This document shows positions 41,003 to 50,990 of a stretch of DNA of 64,000 nucleotides, piece after piece (position 1 is the first letter of the stretch; every line of letters begins with the position of its first letter). The translations under genes were made by a program, and so were the position numbers. Origin of the DNA: Spirochaetia bacterium (lineage in GTDB: Bacteria; Spirochaetota; Spirochaetia; UBA9216); assembly GCA_963677925.2 (NCBI GenBank), contig CAXXYH010000004.1, positions 896,001 to 960,000 on the forward strand, read 5' to 3'. The notes under the pieces are model-generated. The model had not been told where the DNA came from, searched no databases, and worked only from the letters and a program-made list of their open reading frames with translations.

Positions 41003-41863
41003 ATGAAAGACAGAAAGAATAAAAACAGCTATTTCAGAATGGTCTTCGGCCGGCTTAAGAAAAACAAGCTGGCAATGGCGGGTCTGTTCTTTATGATATT
41101 TATAGTCCTTGTGGCAGTCTTTGCCGATTTTGTTGCGCCGTATCCCTATGAGCAGCAGGACCTGGACAGTGTTCTGTCTCTTCCAAGTGCCAGCCACCTG
41201 ATGGGTACTGATAACCTGGGCCGGGACATCTTAAGCAGGATAATCTACGGCGGAAGGATGTCTCTGCGTATTGGAATAATCTCGGTTGGTATAGCCGCTG
41301 TGTTCGGAATATTCCTCGGGGCGCTCTGCGGCTACTATGTCGGCAAGGTGGACCAGATAATTATGAGGATACTAGATATCTTTCAGTCGATTCCGCCTCT
41401 GCTTACTGCCATAGCTATTGCGGCTACGCTTGGTCCGGGCATCGGAAACGCGATGCTGGCGGTCGGTCTGTCGCTGATACCCTCGTACGCACGAATGACC
41501 CGTGCTTCATTCTTAAGTGTCCGGGGAATGGAATACGTAGAGGCCGCAAAGGCCATCAATGCCAGAGATATGAGAATTATCGGAAAACATATTCTTCCTA
41601 ACGCAATGTCTCCGCTTATCGTACAGATGACAATGGGCGTAGCGGGCGCGATACTCATCGCCGCAATGCTCAGTTTTATCGGTCTGGGTGCTCAGCCTCC
41701 GGTTCCTGAATGGGGTGCTATGCTATCCGGCGGACGAAACTACATTCGCGACTACTGGCACATTGTTTTCTTTCCGGGTGTAACAATCATGCTAACAGTT
41801 CTTTCACTTAATATGCTCGGCGACGGACTTCGGGATGCTCTCGATCCGCGTCTTAAACAGTAG
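41003..41863 (+). CDS. Peptide/nickel-type ABC permease (DppC-like)
   Basis: GTDNLGRDI.SR, EYVEAA, GDGLRDALDP. Confidence 0.93.
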   Translation: MKDRKNKNSYFRMVFGRLKKNKLAMAGLFFMIFIVLVAVFADFVAPYPYEQQDLDSVLSLPSASHLMGTDNLGRDILSRIIYGGRMSLRIGIISVGIAAVFGIFLGALCGYYVGKVDQIIMRILDIFQSIPPLLTAIAIAATLGPGIGNAMLAVGLSLIPSYARMTRASFLSVRGMEYVEAAKAINARDMRIIGKHILPNAMSPLIVQMTMGVAGAILIAAMLSFIGLGAQPPVPEWGAMLSGGRNYIRDYWHIVFFPGVTIMLTVLSLNMLGDGLRDALDPRLKQ

Positions 41864-41873
41864 GAGGCGGCAG

Positions 41874-42905
41874 ATGGAGAATATTATTAATTCAACGCTT
41901 GAGCGTGATGATGTGAAAAAAAGTATGACGGATGAAAAGATTCTTCTGTCTATTAAAGGTCTGAACGTACATTACTCAACAGATTCGGATAAGGTTTATG
42001 CGGCCAACGATGTCTCATTTGAGCTGAAGGCAGGAGAAACGCTGGGTCTGGTAGGAGAAACAGGCGCGGGAAAGACCACCATAGCCAAGTCTATACTCAG
42101 GATTCTTCCAGATCCTCCTGCCGTGATAGACAGCGGCGAGATTCTCTTTGAAGGACAGGATCTGCTGAAACTGTCCGAGGCAAAGATGAGAAAGATCAGG
42201 GGCAACAAGATTTCCATGATTTTTCAGGACCCCATGACTGCCCTCAACCCGATTTTTTATGTCGGTAAGCAGATATCTGAGGTGATAAGGCTGCATGAGA
42301 AAATATCCCGGGCAGATGCTGATACCAAGGCTGTTAAAATCCTTGAGATGGTCGGTATTCCGGGTGATCGGTTTAACGAGTATCCGCACCAGTTTTCCGG
42401 CGGTATGAAGCAGCGTGTCGTAATTGCGATGGCCCTTGCCTGCAACCCCGCACTGCTTCTTGCCGATGAGCCTACGACGGCACTCGATGTTACCATACAG
42501 GCCCAGGTTCTTGAAATGATGGCAAGTCTCAAAAAAGAACTGAATACATCAATGATAATGATTACCCACGACCTCGGAGTTGTTGCCGAAATCTGCGACA
42601 AGGTTGCGGTCGTCTATGCGGGCAGCATTGTAGAGATGGGGGATCGGGAAGATATTTTTGACCGGACCGCACATCCCTACACAAAGGGCCTGTTCGGTTC
42701 TCTTCCGTCTTTAAGCTCTGACGAAACCCGCCTCAACCCCATCCAGGGAATGATGCCTGATCCGACCAATCTCCCTGCCGGATGCAAGTTTAATCCAAGG
42801 TGTCCGCATGCCACTGAGGAATGCCGGGCTTCCGATATTGATTTTACAGAAATCAGTCCGGGTCATCTTGTGCGATGTATTCATGTTAAGGGGGATTCCA
42901 AATAA
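41874..42905 (+). CDS. ABC ATPase (DppD-like)
   Basis: GETGAGKT, FSGGMKQR, ADEPTTALD, C-terminal Cys motif. Confidence 0.93.
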   Translation: MENIINSTLERDDVKKSMTDEKILLSIKGLNVHYSTDSDKVYAANDVSFELKAGETLGLVGETGAGKTTIAKSILRILPDPPAVIDSGEILFEGQDLLKLSEAKMRKIRGNKISMIFQDPMTALNPIFYVGKQISEVIRLHEKISRADADTKAVKILEMVGIPGDRFNEYPHQFSGGMKQRVVIAMALACNPALLLADEPTTALDVTIQAQVLEMMASLKKELNTSMIMITHDLGVVAEICDKVAVVYAGSIVEMGDREDIFDRTAHPYTKGLFGSLPSLSSDETRLNPIQGMMPDPTNLPAGCKFNPRCPHATEECRASDIDFTEISPGHLVRCIHVKGDSK

Positions 42906-43891
42906 TGAGCGCGATAGTAGAGGTTAAGAACCTGAAAAAATATTTCAAGAGTCCAAGGGGAATGCTCCATGCAGTGGATGATGTCAGCTTTTCAATTGAG
43001 AAGGGGACAACCCTTGGTGTCGTAGGTGAATCAGGCTGCGGAAAGTCAACACTGGGCAGAACCATCCTTCAGCTGACAGAGAGCACAGGCGGACAGATTT
43101 TCTTTGAGGGAGAGGATGTTACGAACGCCGGAAAGAGAGAGCTGGAAAGGCTTCGCCAGGATATGCAGATAATTTTTCAGGACCCCTTCAGTTCTCTTAA
43201 TCCCAGAATGACTGTCAGCGAGACAATCATGGAGCCGCTGAAGCTCCAGGGTAAGCTTAAAAAAGCTGAGATGGAAAAAGAAACAATGAAGGTTATGGAT
43301 ACGGTCGGTCTTTCAAAGCGGCTTGCCAGCTCATATCCTCATGAGCTTGACGGCGGACGAAGGCAGAGAATCGGTATCGGCCGTGCTCTGGCCCTGAACC
43401 CCAAGTTTATTGTCTGCGATGAACCGGTCTCTGCTCTAGATGTTTCTATCCAGGCCCAGGTGCTTAACCTGATGCAGGATCTGAAAGCCGAGAGGGAACT
43501 TACCTATATTTTTATTACCCATGACCTGTCAGTTGTTAAGTACATCTCGGACGAGATTTGCGTTATGTACCTCGGGCAGGTTGTTGAGAAGGCCCCGGCT
43601 AAAGAACTTTTCAGGCAGCCTATGCATCCGTATACAAAGGCTCTGCTTTCAGCAATTCCTATTCCGGATATCCATGTTGAAAAGAAGAGAATTATTCTGC
43701 GGGGCGAGATCACATCTCCCATTAACCCCAAACCCGGCTGCCGTTTTGCCGCCAGATGTATCTATGCTGATGAAGAGTGCAGCAAGCAGCAGGAGCTTCG
43801 TGATATAGAGGGGGGGCATTATGTGCTCTGCCACCGTGCTGAGGAATTGTCCGCAGCAGACGGTATAAGAGTTGAGGAAGTTGTCCGGTAG
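42905..43891 (+). CDS. ABC ATPase (DppF-like)
   Basis: GESGCGKS, LDGGRRQR, CDEPVSALD. Confidence 0.93.
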   Translation: MSAIVEVKNLKKYFKSPRGMLHAVDDVSFSIEKGTTLGVVGESGCGKSTLGRTILQLTESTGGQIFFEGEDVTNAGKRELERLRQDMQIIFQDPFSSLNPRMTVSETIMEPLKLQGKLKKAEMEKETMKVMDTVGLSKRLASSYPHELDGGRRQRIGIGRALALNPKFIVCDEPVSALDVSIQAQVLNLMQDLKAERELTYIFITHDLSVVKYISDEICVMYLGQVVEKAPAKELFRQPMHPYTKALLSAIPIPDIHVEKKRIILRGEITSPINPKPGCRFAARCIYADEECSKQQELRDIEGGHYVLCHRAEELSAADGIRVEEVVR

Positions 43892-43932
43892 TACCGGTAC
43901 AAATATAAAACTGTGTTTATACAGGAGGAAGT

Positions 43933-45477
43933 ATGAAAATTGGAAAAAAGGAAGTTGTTTTACTGCTGATGGCTGCGGCAGTGCTTTTTGCATCAGTAGG
44001 CTGCAGTAAAAAGGATTCGTCAGCTTCAGCAGAAGCGGCTGAGGTAAGGGATACTCTGTACATCCAGATTAGTGCAGATCCGGGTGATTTAAATCCGTAT
44101 ACGACCAATACAACACAGAGTGCACGTGTTAACAAGCAGGTATATGAACCTCTTATGGATCTTGGGTATGATATGAAGCTGACTCCCATACTGGCGGAAA
44201 GCTGGGAGCGGGAAGATGATACTCATTACATTTTTCATATTAGAAAGGGCGTAAAATTCCATAATGGAGAAGATTTAACTTCTGAAGATGTTGTTTTCTC
44301 AATCAATACAGCTTACTCAATCAAGCTTTCCAGAAAGTATGTTGAGAATGTTGATGTAGAAGGAACCGAGGCAATTGATGATTATACAGTCAGAGTTGCT
44401 CTCACAAAGCCTGACCTTTTCTTTCTGACTGGAGTTACCAGCCTTAGAATTGTAAATAAGGAAGCTTATGAAGCAGATCCCGATCATTTTGCAAACCATC
44501 CGCAGGGTACAGGTCCATATGTTTTTGAAGACTGGAGGCTCGGCAGCTCAATTACTCTTAAAAAGAATAATGAATACTGGGGAACTCCTGCAAGTATCGA
44601 AACCCTTGTTTACAGACCGATTGGAGAAGCTGCACAAAGAGCTATTGAGCTTGAGACCGGCGGTGTAGATATAGTTCTTGACCTTCAGGCAAGTGATTAC
44701 AAGAGACTTGAAGGTGATGAAAATTTTGAAGTATTCAAGAAGGTCGGATTTAGAAGTAAATCTTTATACTTCAACAATACCAATGCTTCTGTAATGAGTG
44801 ATAAGACACTCAGACAGGCTCTGTCATATGCTATCGATACAAATGCAATTGCAAAGGTTGCCTATAACGGATTTGCAAGACCTGCAGTTACTTTTTTCAC
44901 CGAAGGTTTTGTGAACTATGATGAGAGATTCAACAAGGGAATTTTCTATGCCCAGGATTTTGAAAAGGCAAAATCACTGCTTGCAGAAGCCGGTTATCCT
45001 GACGGGCTTGAGATTAACTTTTTCATAAGTGATTTAAATATCGATGTTCTTTGTGCAGAAATCATACAGAACCAGCTTTCCCAGATCGGTGTTAAAGCTG
45101 TAATCAAATCTTTTGAGGCTGCAGTATACAACCCGACGATCGGTGATACGAATTCAGGCTGGGATATTGCTATAACAGCACTCCAGTGCCCGAGCGGTCA
45201 TTCTATGGATTACTTTAATGCATTTCTTGCAGCCGACGGTCTGAACAGACCGAAGTATCAGAGCGATGAGTTTAATGTTCTGATCAAGGAAGCTGTTGTG
45301 ACAACAGATGAAGTAAAGGCAAGAGAACTTGAAGACAGGATTATGGCACTTCTTACAGAAGATGTTCCATTCAGACCTCTCGTTCAGGAAGAGCAGCTCT
45401 ATGCCTGGAATAAGGAACTTAAGAACTTTAAAGTCTGGGGTCAGAACAACGTTCACCTCGTAGACGTTTCTTTTTAA
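43933..45477 (+). CDS. ABC substrate-binding lipoprotein (family 5)
   Basis: Lipobox SVG-C; LAESW, GVKFHNG, GTGPY. Confidence 0.92.
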   Translation: MKIGKKEVVLLLMAAAVLFASVGCSKKDSSASAEAAEVRDTLYIQISADPGDLNPYTTNTTQSARVNKQVYEPLMDLGYDMKLTPILAESWEREDDTHYIFHIRKGVKFHNGEDLTSEDVVFSINTAYSIKLSRKYVENVDVEGTEAIDDYTVRVALTKPDLFFLTGVTSLRIVNKEAYEADPDHFANHPQGTGPYVFEDWRLGSSITLKKNNEYWGTPASIETLVYRPIGEAAQRAIELETGGVDIVLDLQASDYKRLEGDENFEVFKKVGFRSKSLYFNNTNASVMSDKTLRQALSYAIDTNAIAKVAYNGFARPAVTFFTEGFVNYDERFNKGIFYAQDFEKAKSLLAEAGYPDGLEINFFISDLNIDVLCAEIIQNQLSQIGVKAVIKSFEAAVYNPTIGDTNSGWDIAITALQCPSGHSMDYFNAFLAADGLNRPKYQSDEFNVLIKEAVVTTDEVKARELEDRIMALLTEDVPFRPLVQEEQLYAWNKELKNFKVWGQNNVHLVDVSF

Positions 45478-45485
45478 CTCTAATA

Positions 45486-45509
45486 TCCGGGGGGGCACCC
45501 TCCCCCGGA
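45486..45509 (+). terminator. GC hairpin between the binding-protein gene and the esterases (mRNA stabiliser or attenuator)
   Basis: TCCGGGGGGG-CAC-CCTCCCCCGGA, no T-tail. Confidence 0.45.
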
Positions 45510-45549
45510 ATAATCATAATTATTTTTAACCAGTTCCCGGAGTGAATCA

Positions 45550-46362
45550 ATGGCCAGAATTAAGTGTGAGTATTATTCAAAAATCCTTACGATGAATGTC
45601 GCAGCAACCGTGTATCTTCCGTCATTTTCTACAGCGGAAGCCAATTTCATGCCGGATGAAAAGCGCTTTGACCCTCAGCGGCGTTTTAAAACCCTCACGC
45701 TGCTTCACGGCTTTTCAGGTGACCATACTATATGGGAAAGACGTTCCTGTATGGAAATGTATGCCGAGGAGAATATGCTGGCCATAGTTTGTCCCAGCGG
45801 ATACAACGGTCATTACACTGACTGGGTAACTGGGCCGCAGCACCTCAGTTTTCTTGAAAAAGAGTTTCTGCCTGCAATGCAGACCATGTTCCCTCTTTCA
45901 AAAAAACGGGAGGATAATTATGTGGGCGGTCTTTCCATGGGCGGTTACGGAGCTGCAAAATGGGCTTTTACATACCCTGAAACCTTTTCCCGGCTAATCA
46001 ATTTTTCCGGAGGGGTGGATATTGTCCCCAGAATCGAGCATTACAAAGAAAAGCTCGGTGTCCCCGTCACTGAGACAGTTTTCGGTGATCTATCTGCAAT
46101 TGAGGGCAGCGAGCATGATATCTATCATCTTATGTCTGAGCTGGCGCGCACTCGAAAGCTTAAACCGGAAATCTATTCCTGCTGCGGAACCGAAGATATT
46201 CCGGTCATGGAGGCTCATAGAAAGCTTGTTGCTTTGGGTCGTGAACTTGGTTTTGATGTAACGGCTTTTGAGGGCCCCGGCCGGCATGATTTTCATTTCT
46301 GGAATCAGGAACTTAAAAAGGTTATATACGACTGGCTGCCTCTTGAAAAGCCGGCCTATTAG
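45550..46362 (+). CDS. Esterase (tributyrin esterase / XynC-like alpha/beta hydrolase)
   Basis: LLHG, GLSMGGYG, CGTED, GRHDFHFW. Confidence 0.9.
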   Translation: MARIKCEYYSKILTMNVAATVYLPSFSTAEANFMPDEKRFDPQRRFKTLTLLHGFSGDHTIWERRSCMEMYAEENMLAIVCPSGYNGHYTDWVTGPQHLSFLEKEFLPAMQTMFPLSKKREDNYVGGLSMGGYGAAKWAFTYPETFSRLINFSGGVDIVPRIEHYKEKLGVPVTETVFGDLSAIEGSEHDIYHLMSELARTRKLKPEIYSCCGTEDIPVMEAHRKLVALGRELGFDVTAFEGPGRHDFHFWNQELKKVIYDWLPLEKPAY

Positions 46363-46374
46363 AAGGAGTAGAAA

Positions 46375-47178
46375 ATGGGTTGTCTGGAATACCGATTCCG
46401 ATCATCTGTGCTTGAATGTTCAACAAGAATTACTATAACACTTCCGGATTTTGCAAGTCTGACAAAGGGTGACCCGCTCGTGACGACTTATCCTGAAAAC
46501 CTGAAGCTGCCTACCATCTATCTGCTGCATGGAGGCGGCGGAGAGTCTTCTGACTGGGTGCGTCATACTCAGATTGAGAGACTTTCAAATGAAAAGAAAT
46601 TCATGACTGTCTCTATAGATGCAATGGAAAGTTTTTTTACAGATATGGTGCACGGCAGAAAATATTTTACCTATCTGACTGAAGAAGTTCCGATGATTGT
46701 GCAGCGGCTTTTTCCCTCATCTCCTGATAGAAAAGACAATTATCTGGCTGGTTTTTCAATGGGTGGGCACGGCGCAATGAAGGTCGCTCTCAGATGTCCG
46801 GAGAAATTCTGTGCAGTACTTGCGGTTTCAGGAGCCAAGGACCTTGTAAAAATGGCGAAGCTTGCCGAAAAGCTTGGCCTGCCGGCATCAAACAGCAATA
46901 TTACAGAAGCTTTCGGCGGTATAGACAGTATTTACAATACCGAAAACGATCTTATTTTTCTCGCACAGCAGCTGAAAGATTCCGGTGTGAAACCGCCGGA
47001 AATATTTCTCGGCTGCGGAACGGAAGACTACGGCTATGAGCTCTGTCTGGAATATAAACAAATTCTTGATGATATCGGACTTGAAAATGAGTTTATCTCG
47101 CTGCCGGGCGGTCATGATTTTTACCTTGCAAACGGTATGATATCAAAGGCCGTGAAGGATTTGTTCTTTAAAAATTAA
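46375..47178 (+). CDS. Esterase, paralogue of the preceding gene
   Basis: YLLHG, GFSMGGHG, CGTED, GGHDF. Confidence 0.9.
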   Translation: MGCLEYRFRSSVLECSTRITITLPDFASLTKGDPLVTTYPENLKLPTIYLLHGGGGESSDWVRHTQIERLSNEKKFMTVSIDAMESFFTDMVHGRKYFTYLTEEVPMIVQRLFPSSPDRKDNYLAGFSMGGHGAMKVALRCPEKFCAVLAVSGAKDLVKMAKLAEKLGLPASNSNITEAFGGIDSIYNTENDLIFLAQQLKDSGVKPPEIFLGCGTEDYGYELCLEYKQILDDIGLENEFISLPGGHDFYLANGMISKAVKDLFFKN

Positions 47179-47189
47179 GGATTTGCATA

Positions 47190-50096
47190 ATGTTCAAAGA
47201 ATCAAAATACTACAATGGAAAGAATGGCTGCAAAATTGCAGTGGATCTGTACAGACCCGAAGATTCTGATACACAGATGCCTGTGGTTCTTAATGTCGCC
47301 TATGCTCCCAGAAAAGAACGTTTTGAACGATATAATGATTTTGTAAAATTACTTATTGATAAGGGCTATGCCGCAGCCTTCTCGGATCCACGCGGGGCCG
47401 GGGCTTCATACGGGACCCATGAGGGTTTTTACGGGCTGATAGATGCTGAGGACTATGAGCTGGTAATAAATGAAATTGCAGCCGAGCCCTGGTGCAGCGG
47501 ATCAGTGGGGATGTTCGGAGGCTCAAACAGCGGCTTCATTCAGCTTCTGACTGCCAGCCGTAAACCTGAAGCTCTCAAGGCTATAATTCCCTGTGATGCA
47601 TCAGTTGATATGTATTACCAGAATAATGTGAACGGCGCCTGTGATATTCCGCCTGGTAATGCCAGGGGCAGCAGTTCTTTGGCGGCCTCGTTCGCGGATG
47701 ACCTTCTTGTTGATGAAGAATCAGCAAAAGAGCTGTTAAAGCAGCATTCGGACAATCTGCCCTTTCTCGGTCAGTACCGGCGGAATGTGTACCGGGATAC
47801 TGTTAATGAAAATATAGGATACGCCCCCTACGCTGAGATTTCTCCCTGGAACAGGATGGATGATCTGAAGTATTCGGGAATCAGTACTTTTTATAATGCA
47901 GCCTGGTACGATCCGGGTGTAACCTGGTCAGTTATCGCTCAGAAGGATACCGGAGGAAGACAGGTTATCGGTCCCTGGAAGCATACGGAGATATTCAGTC
48001 AGAAGAATACAGAATCCGGTACATACTTTGACTGGAAGCAGAGTTATCTTGATTTCTTTGACAGTACTCTTAAAAATACAGAAAGCCATGCCTCCACCCA
48101 GCCTCCTGTCAGGTATTTAACTGTGAATGAGGATCCCGGTTTTGAGTGGAAGTTTGCTGCTAACTGGCCTGTTGACGGGCAGCGGTGGACCGAGTTCTTT
48201 TTTGATTCCAATCTCTCAATGAGTGATGCTCCTCCTTCGGAAACCGCTTCTATAGGCTACTGTCCTGATGACTCGGTTGAAATGATGGGATTCGGCAGGA
48301 TGAACCGGAATCTGGGTGCTGAGTTCGGTTCACAAAGCACAAAATGTATGGGCTTTATAGGCCCTGAATTAAGTACAGATTTAGAAATAACAGGAATCCC
48401 GGTTGTGGATATACAGGTGACTTCGAATTCCAGAGACGGTCTGTTTATTGCAGTACTTGAAGATGTCCGCAAGGACGGAAGCTCAGTGTATATAACCGAC
48501 GGAGCAATACGTGCTTCACATGGAAAGATACACCAAAACCGGAGCTGGGATGCTCTGGGAATTCCATACCACCGGGGCTGTGAAGAAGATGCTGTTGAAC
48601 TGAGTGCTGATAAACCCGTGAATCTCAAGTTCAACCTTGAGGCAATCTCCTACCGGATTCGGCGGGGAAGCAGGCTCAGGCTAAGTGTCTTCTGCGGGTC
48701 GGCAAATACCTACCATCAGCCTGAGGGCATGCCGGAAGATGTTATGATAAAGCTGTATACTGGGGGAGCTGCCGGTTCCAGGCTGATTCTTCCTTATACT
48801 GCAGAGGGAAATTATACATTCAGCGGTAATATGAGTTCGGATTCTCCTGAACTCATACCCTCCGGTGATACTGAACTTCTGGTTTTTGAAAAGGAAATAT
48901 ATCTGAAAACTGCTGCCTGCTGGAAGTGTTTCAGGTGCAGTCAGGTATATCCGGAAGGTGATGTGAAGATATATGAAACAGAACATTTCAGATTGAAGAA
49001 GTATACGGAATCAGGCCTTGTTAAAATAAAAATAGATGAGCCATGGCTGAAGTTCGAATCTGCTTCGGAAAAAGTGCTTCAGGCTCCCGGGTTTAAAAAT
49101 GTTTCACAGGAGATCCCGGACTATTCGGGCTGCAGAAAAAGTTCTGAAATTGATGATGAAAAATACATATATATAAAAAATCTTAATTTTGCGACTGTCC
49201 CTGTCAGGAGGGGCAAGCGCGGCTATCCAAACCTGCAGCCGGTGGAAAAGATGGATCTGTTTATCGATCTGATAAAGCCTGAAAATCCTGAAATCGCGAA
49301 AACTGACGCGGTTTATCCATGTATTGTGTGGATTCACGGATACGGCGGTTCAAACCATCTTTTCCATAATACATGCGGGCGCTTCCTTGAAGAGGGCTAT
49401 GCTGTGGCCTCAATCGACTACCGCATATATCCGCCCAACCTGTGGCCTGCGCCTGCTGTAGATGCCAAGGGTGCTATCAGATACCTCAAGGCAAACAGCG
49501 GAAGCTTGGGTCTGGACCCTGAGCGTTTCGGTATTATCGGCGTTTCCGCCGGCGGACATCTTTCTGCATATCTTGCTGCAACAAACGGCAGTCCGGCAAC
49601 TGAGGGAAATATCGGCGGAAATACAGGTACGGACAGTTCAGTAAAGGCCGCTGCAATATATTATCCCTGGTCGGATATGTTCAGCTTCGGAGATGATATT
49701 GCAGAACTTTATCCCGATAAACCGGAGAAGGTTGATGATTCAGACGGTCCCATAGCTCCTCCTGCCTGTCTGATAGGATTTGACGGTGAAGGCCTGGGAC
49801 TGGAAGTTCTTAAAAAGCATATGGCTGATGATGATGAATATTTTCAGAAGTTTATACGCATCGGAAAGGATGCCAGTCCTCTGTATCAGGTTACCTGCAA
49901 AAGTGCTCCAAGCGTTTTTGTTCATGGTATTACAGAGAACAATATACAGATTCCTATGAACCAGAGCGTCCGTATGTTCAGGGCACTGACTAAAAAGGGA
50001 GTTAAATCACTTATGTTCTGCAACAACAATGGAAATTACGGTGATGATCCCGAGGTTAAGGAGGCTGTAATCCAGTTCATGAAGAATAGAATATAA
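47190..50096 (+). CDS. CocE/NonD-family hydrolase fused to a second alpha/beta hydrolase domain
   Basis: DPRGAGASYG, GMFGGSNSG, WYD, IGPWKH, PepX_C-like region; then WIHGYG, ASIDYR, GVSAGG. Confidence 0.85.
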   Translation: MFKESKYYNGKNGCKIAVDLYRPEDSDTQMPVVLNVAYAPRKERFERYNDFVKLLIDKGYAAAFSDPRGAGASYGTHEGFYGLIDAEDYELVINEIAAEPWCSGSVGMFGGSNSGFIQLLTASRKPEALKAIIPCDASVDMYYQNNVNGACDIPPGNARGSSSLAASFADDLLVDEESAKELLKQHSDNLPFLGQYRRNVYRDTVNENIGYAPYAEISPWNRMDDLKYSGISTFYNAAWYDPGVTWSVIAQKDTGGRQVIGPWKHTEIFSQKNTESGTYFDWKQSYLDFFDSTLKNTESHASTQPPVRYLTVNEDPGFEWKFAANWPVDGQRWTEFFFDSNLSMSDAPPSETASIGYCPDDSVEMMGFGRMNRNLGAEFGSQSTKCMGFIGPELSTDLEITGIPVVDIQVTSNSRDGLFIAVLEDVRKDGSSVYITDGAIRASHGKIHQNRSWDALGIPYHRGCEEDAVELSADKPVNLKFNLEAISYRIRRGSRLRLSVFCGSANTYHQPEGMPEDVMIKLYTGGAAGSRLILPYTAEGNYTFSGNMSSDSPELIPSGDTELLVFEKEIYLKTAACWKCFRCSQVYPEGDVKIYETEHFRLKKYTESGLVKIKIDEPWLKFESASEKVLQAPGFKNVSQEIPDYSGCRKSSEIDDEKYIYIKNLNFATVPVRRGKRGYPNLQPVEKMDLFIDLIKPENPEIAKTDAVYPCIVWIHGYGGSNHLFHNTCGRFLEEGYAVASIDYRIYPPNLWPAPAVDAKGAIRYLKANSGSLGLDPERFGIIGVSAGGHLSAYLAATNGSPATEGNIGGNTGTDSSVKAAAIYYPWSDMFSFGDDIAELYPDKPEKVDDSDGPIAPPACLIGFDGEGLGLEVLKKHMADDDEYFQKFIRIGKDASPLYQVTCKSAPSVFVHGITENNIQIPMNQSVRMFRALTKKGVKSLMFCNNNGNYGDDPEVKEAVIQFMKNRI

Positions 50097-50135
50097 TTAG
50101 ATTATAATAAAATTATTGAGCAGGGCAGTTTGCAG

Positions 50136-50176
50136 TTGACAATTGGAATATCTAAGTTATAATGAGATTATAATCT
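50136..50176 (+). promoter_or_regulatory. Sigma70 promoter and palindromic operator of the core catabolic operon
   Basis: TTGACA (50136)-N16-TATAAT (50158), then AGATTATAATCT (50165-50176). Confidence 0.7.
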
Positions 50177-50317
50177 GATTGTGTAGAAGTTATTCCTCGC
50201 CGGCAGTGCCCTTCCTTTCTGCCTTCGAGGCTGTTCTGCTCATCTTTTGCGATTTTCGCCGGCGGCAGTTTTGTAGATGTCCTCCTTTCTGCTGCCGGCA
50301 AATTTAGGAGATAAAGA

Positions 50318-50989
50318 ATGGCACATGTTTATACGAACATCGAGAGACCTGATAAAGAACTGATTGAAAAATACAAAGAGCAGGCTTCGGCAACTGTATA
50401 TGAAGCTTCAGGCAGAAAGGGGTCTATTGATCCTGCAATTAAACCGATAGCAAAGGGAATGAAGATCTGCGGTCCCGCAATCACTGTTGAATGCAAAGCC
50501 AACGATAATCTGATGCTTCACAAGGCCATCCAGGTGGCAAAACCCGGTGATGTAATAATTTCAACTACTCAGGCTTTTTATAATGCCGGATACTTCGGCG
50601 GGCTGATGGCTGGTTCTGCTGTAGCCAGAGGAATTGCAGGTCTTGTTATCGACGGGGGAATCAGAGACAGCGAAGAAATCATAGAAATGGGGTTTCCGAT
50701 TTTTTCAAGACAGATTTGTATACGCGGAACAGTCAAGGCTCAGCTCGGTTCTGTAAATAAACCGATTATATTCGGCGGGGAAATTGTAAATCCGGGCGAC
50801 CTGGTTCTTGGGGATGATGACGGACTCGTAATCGTTCCAAGAGAAAGAATGGAAGAGGTTCTTGAAGCTTCTCAGAAGAGAGTTCAGAAAGAGATTGAAA
50901 AGGCTGAAATACTCGGAACCGGAACTCCCGGTGTAATTGTAAACAAGCTTGACGCAGTCTTTGAACGCCTCGGCCTTATTGAGGAATAA
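50318..50989 (+). CDS. HMG/CHA aldolase (LigK/RraA family)
   Basis: DNLMLH; G-X20-RD-X2-E motif intact (GLMA...DGGIRDSEE); GDDDGLV; 223 aa, LigK-like length. Confidence 0.85.
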   Translation: MAHVYTNIERPDKELIEKYKEQASATVYEASGRKGSIDPAIKPIAKGMKICGPAITVECKANDNLMLHKAIQVAKPGDVIISTTQAFYNAGYFGGLMAGSAVARGIAGLVIDGGIRDSEEIIEMGFPIFSRQICIRGTVKAQLGSVNKPIIFGGEIVNPGDLVLGDDDGLVIVPRERMEEVLEASQKRVQKEIEKAEILGTGTPGVIVNKLDAVFERLGLIEE

Positions 50990-50990
50990 G

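Noticed and set aside
40045-45477. Naming the ABC system nik, opp or dpp
   Set aside because: The family is clear but the substrate cannot be read from sequence; the esterase context suggests a non-peptide ligand.
50318-50989. Protocatechuate/gallate 4,5-cleavage pathway, or RNase E regulator RraA
   Set aside because: No LigAB/GalA dioxygenase or LigI/LigJ in the window; the intact aldolase motif, the length and the AOR context favour an anaerobic aldolase role.
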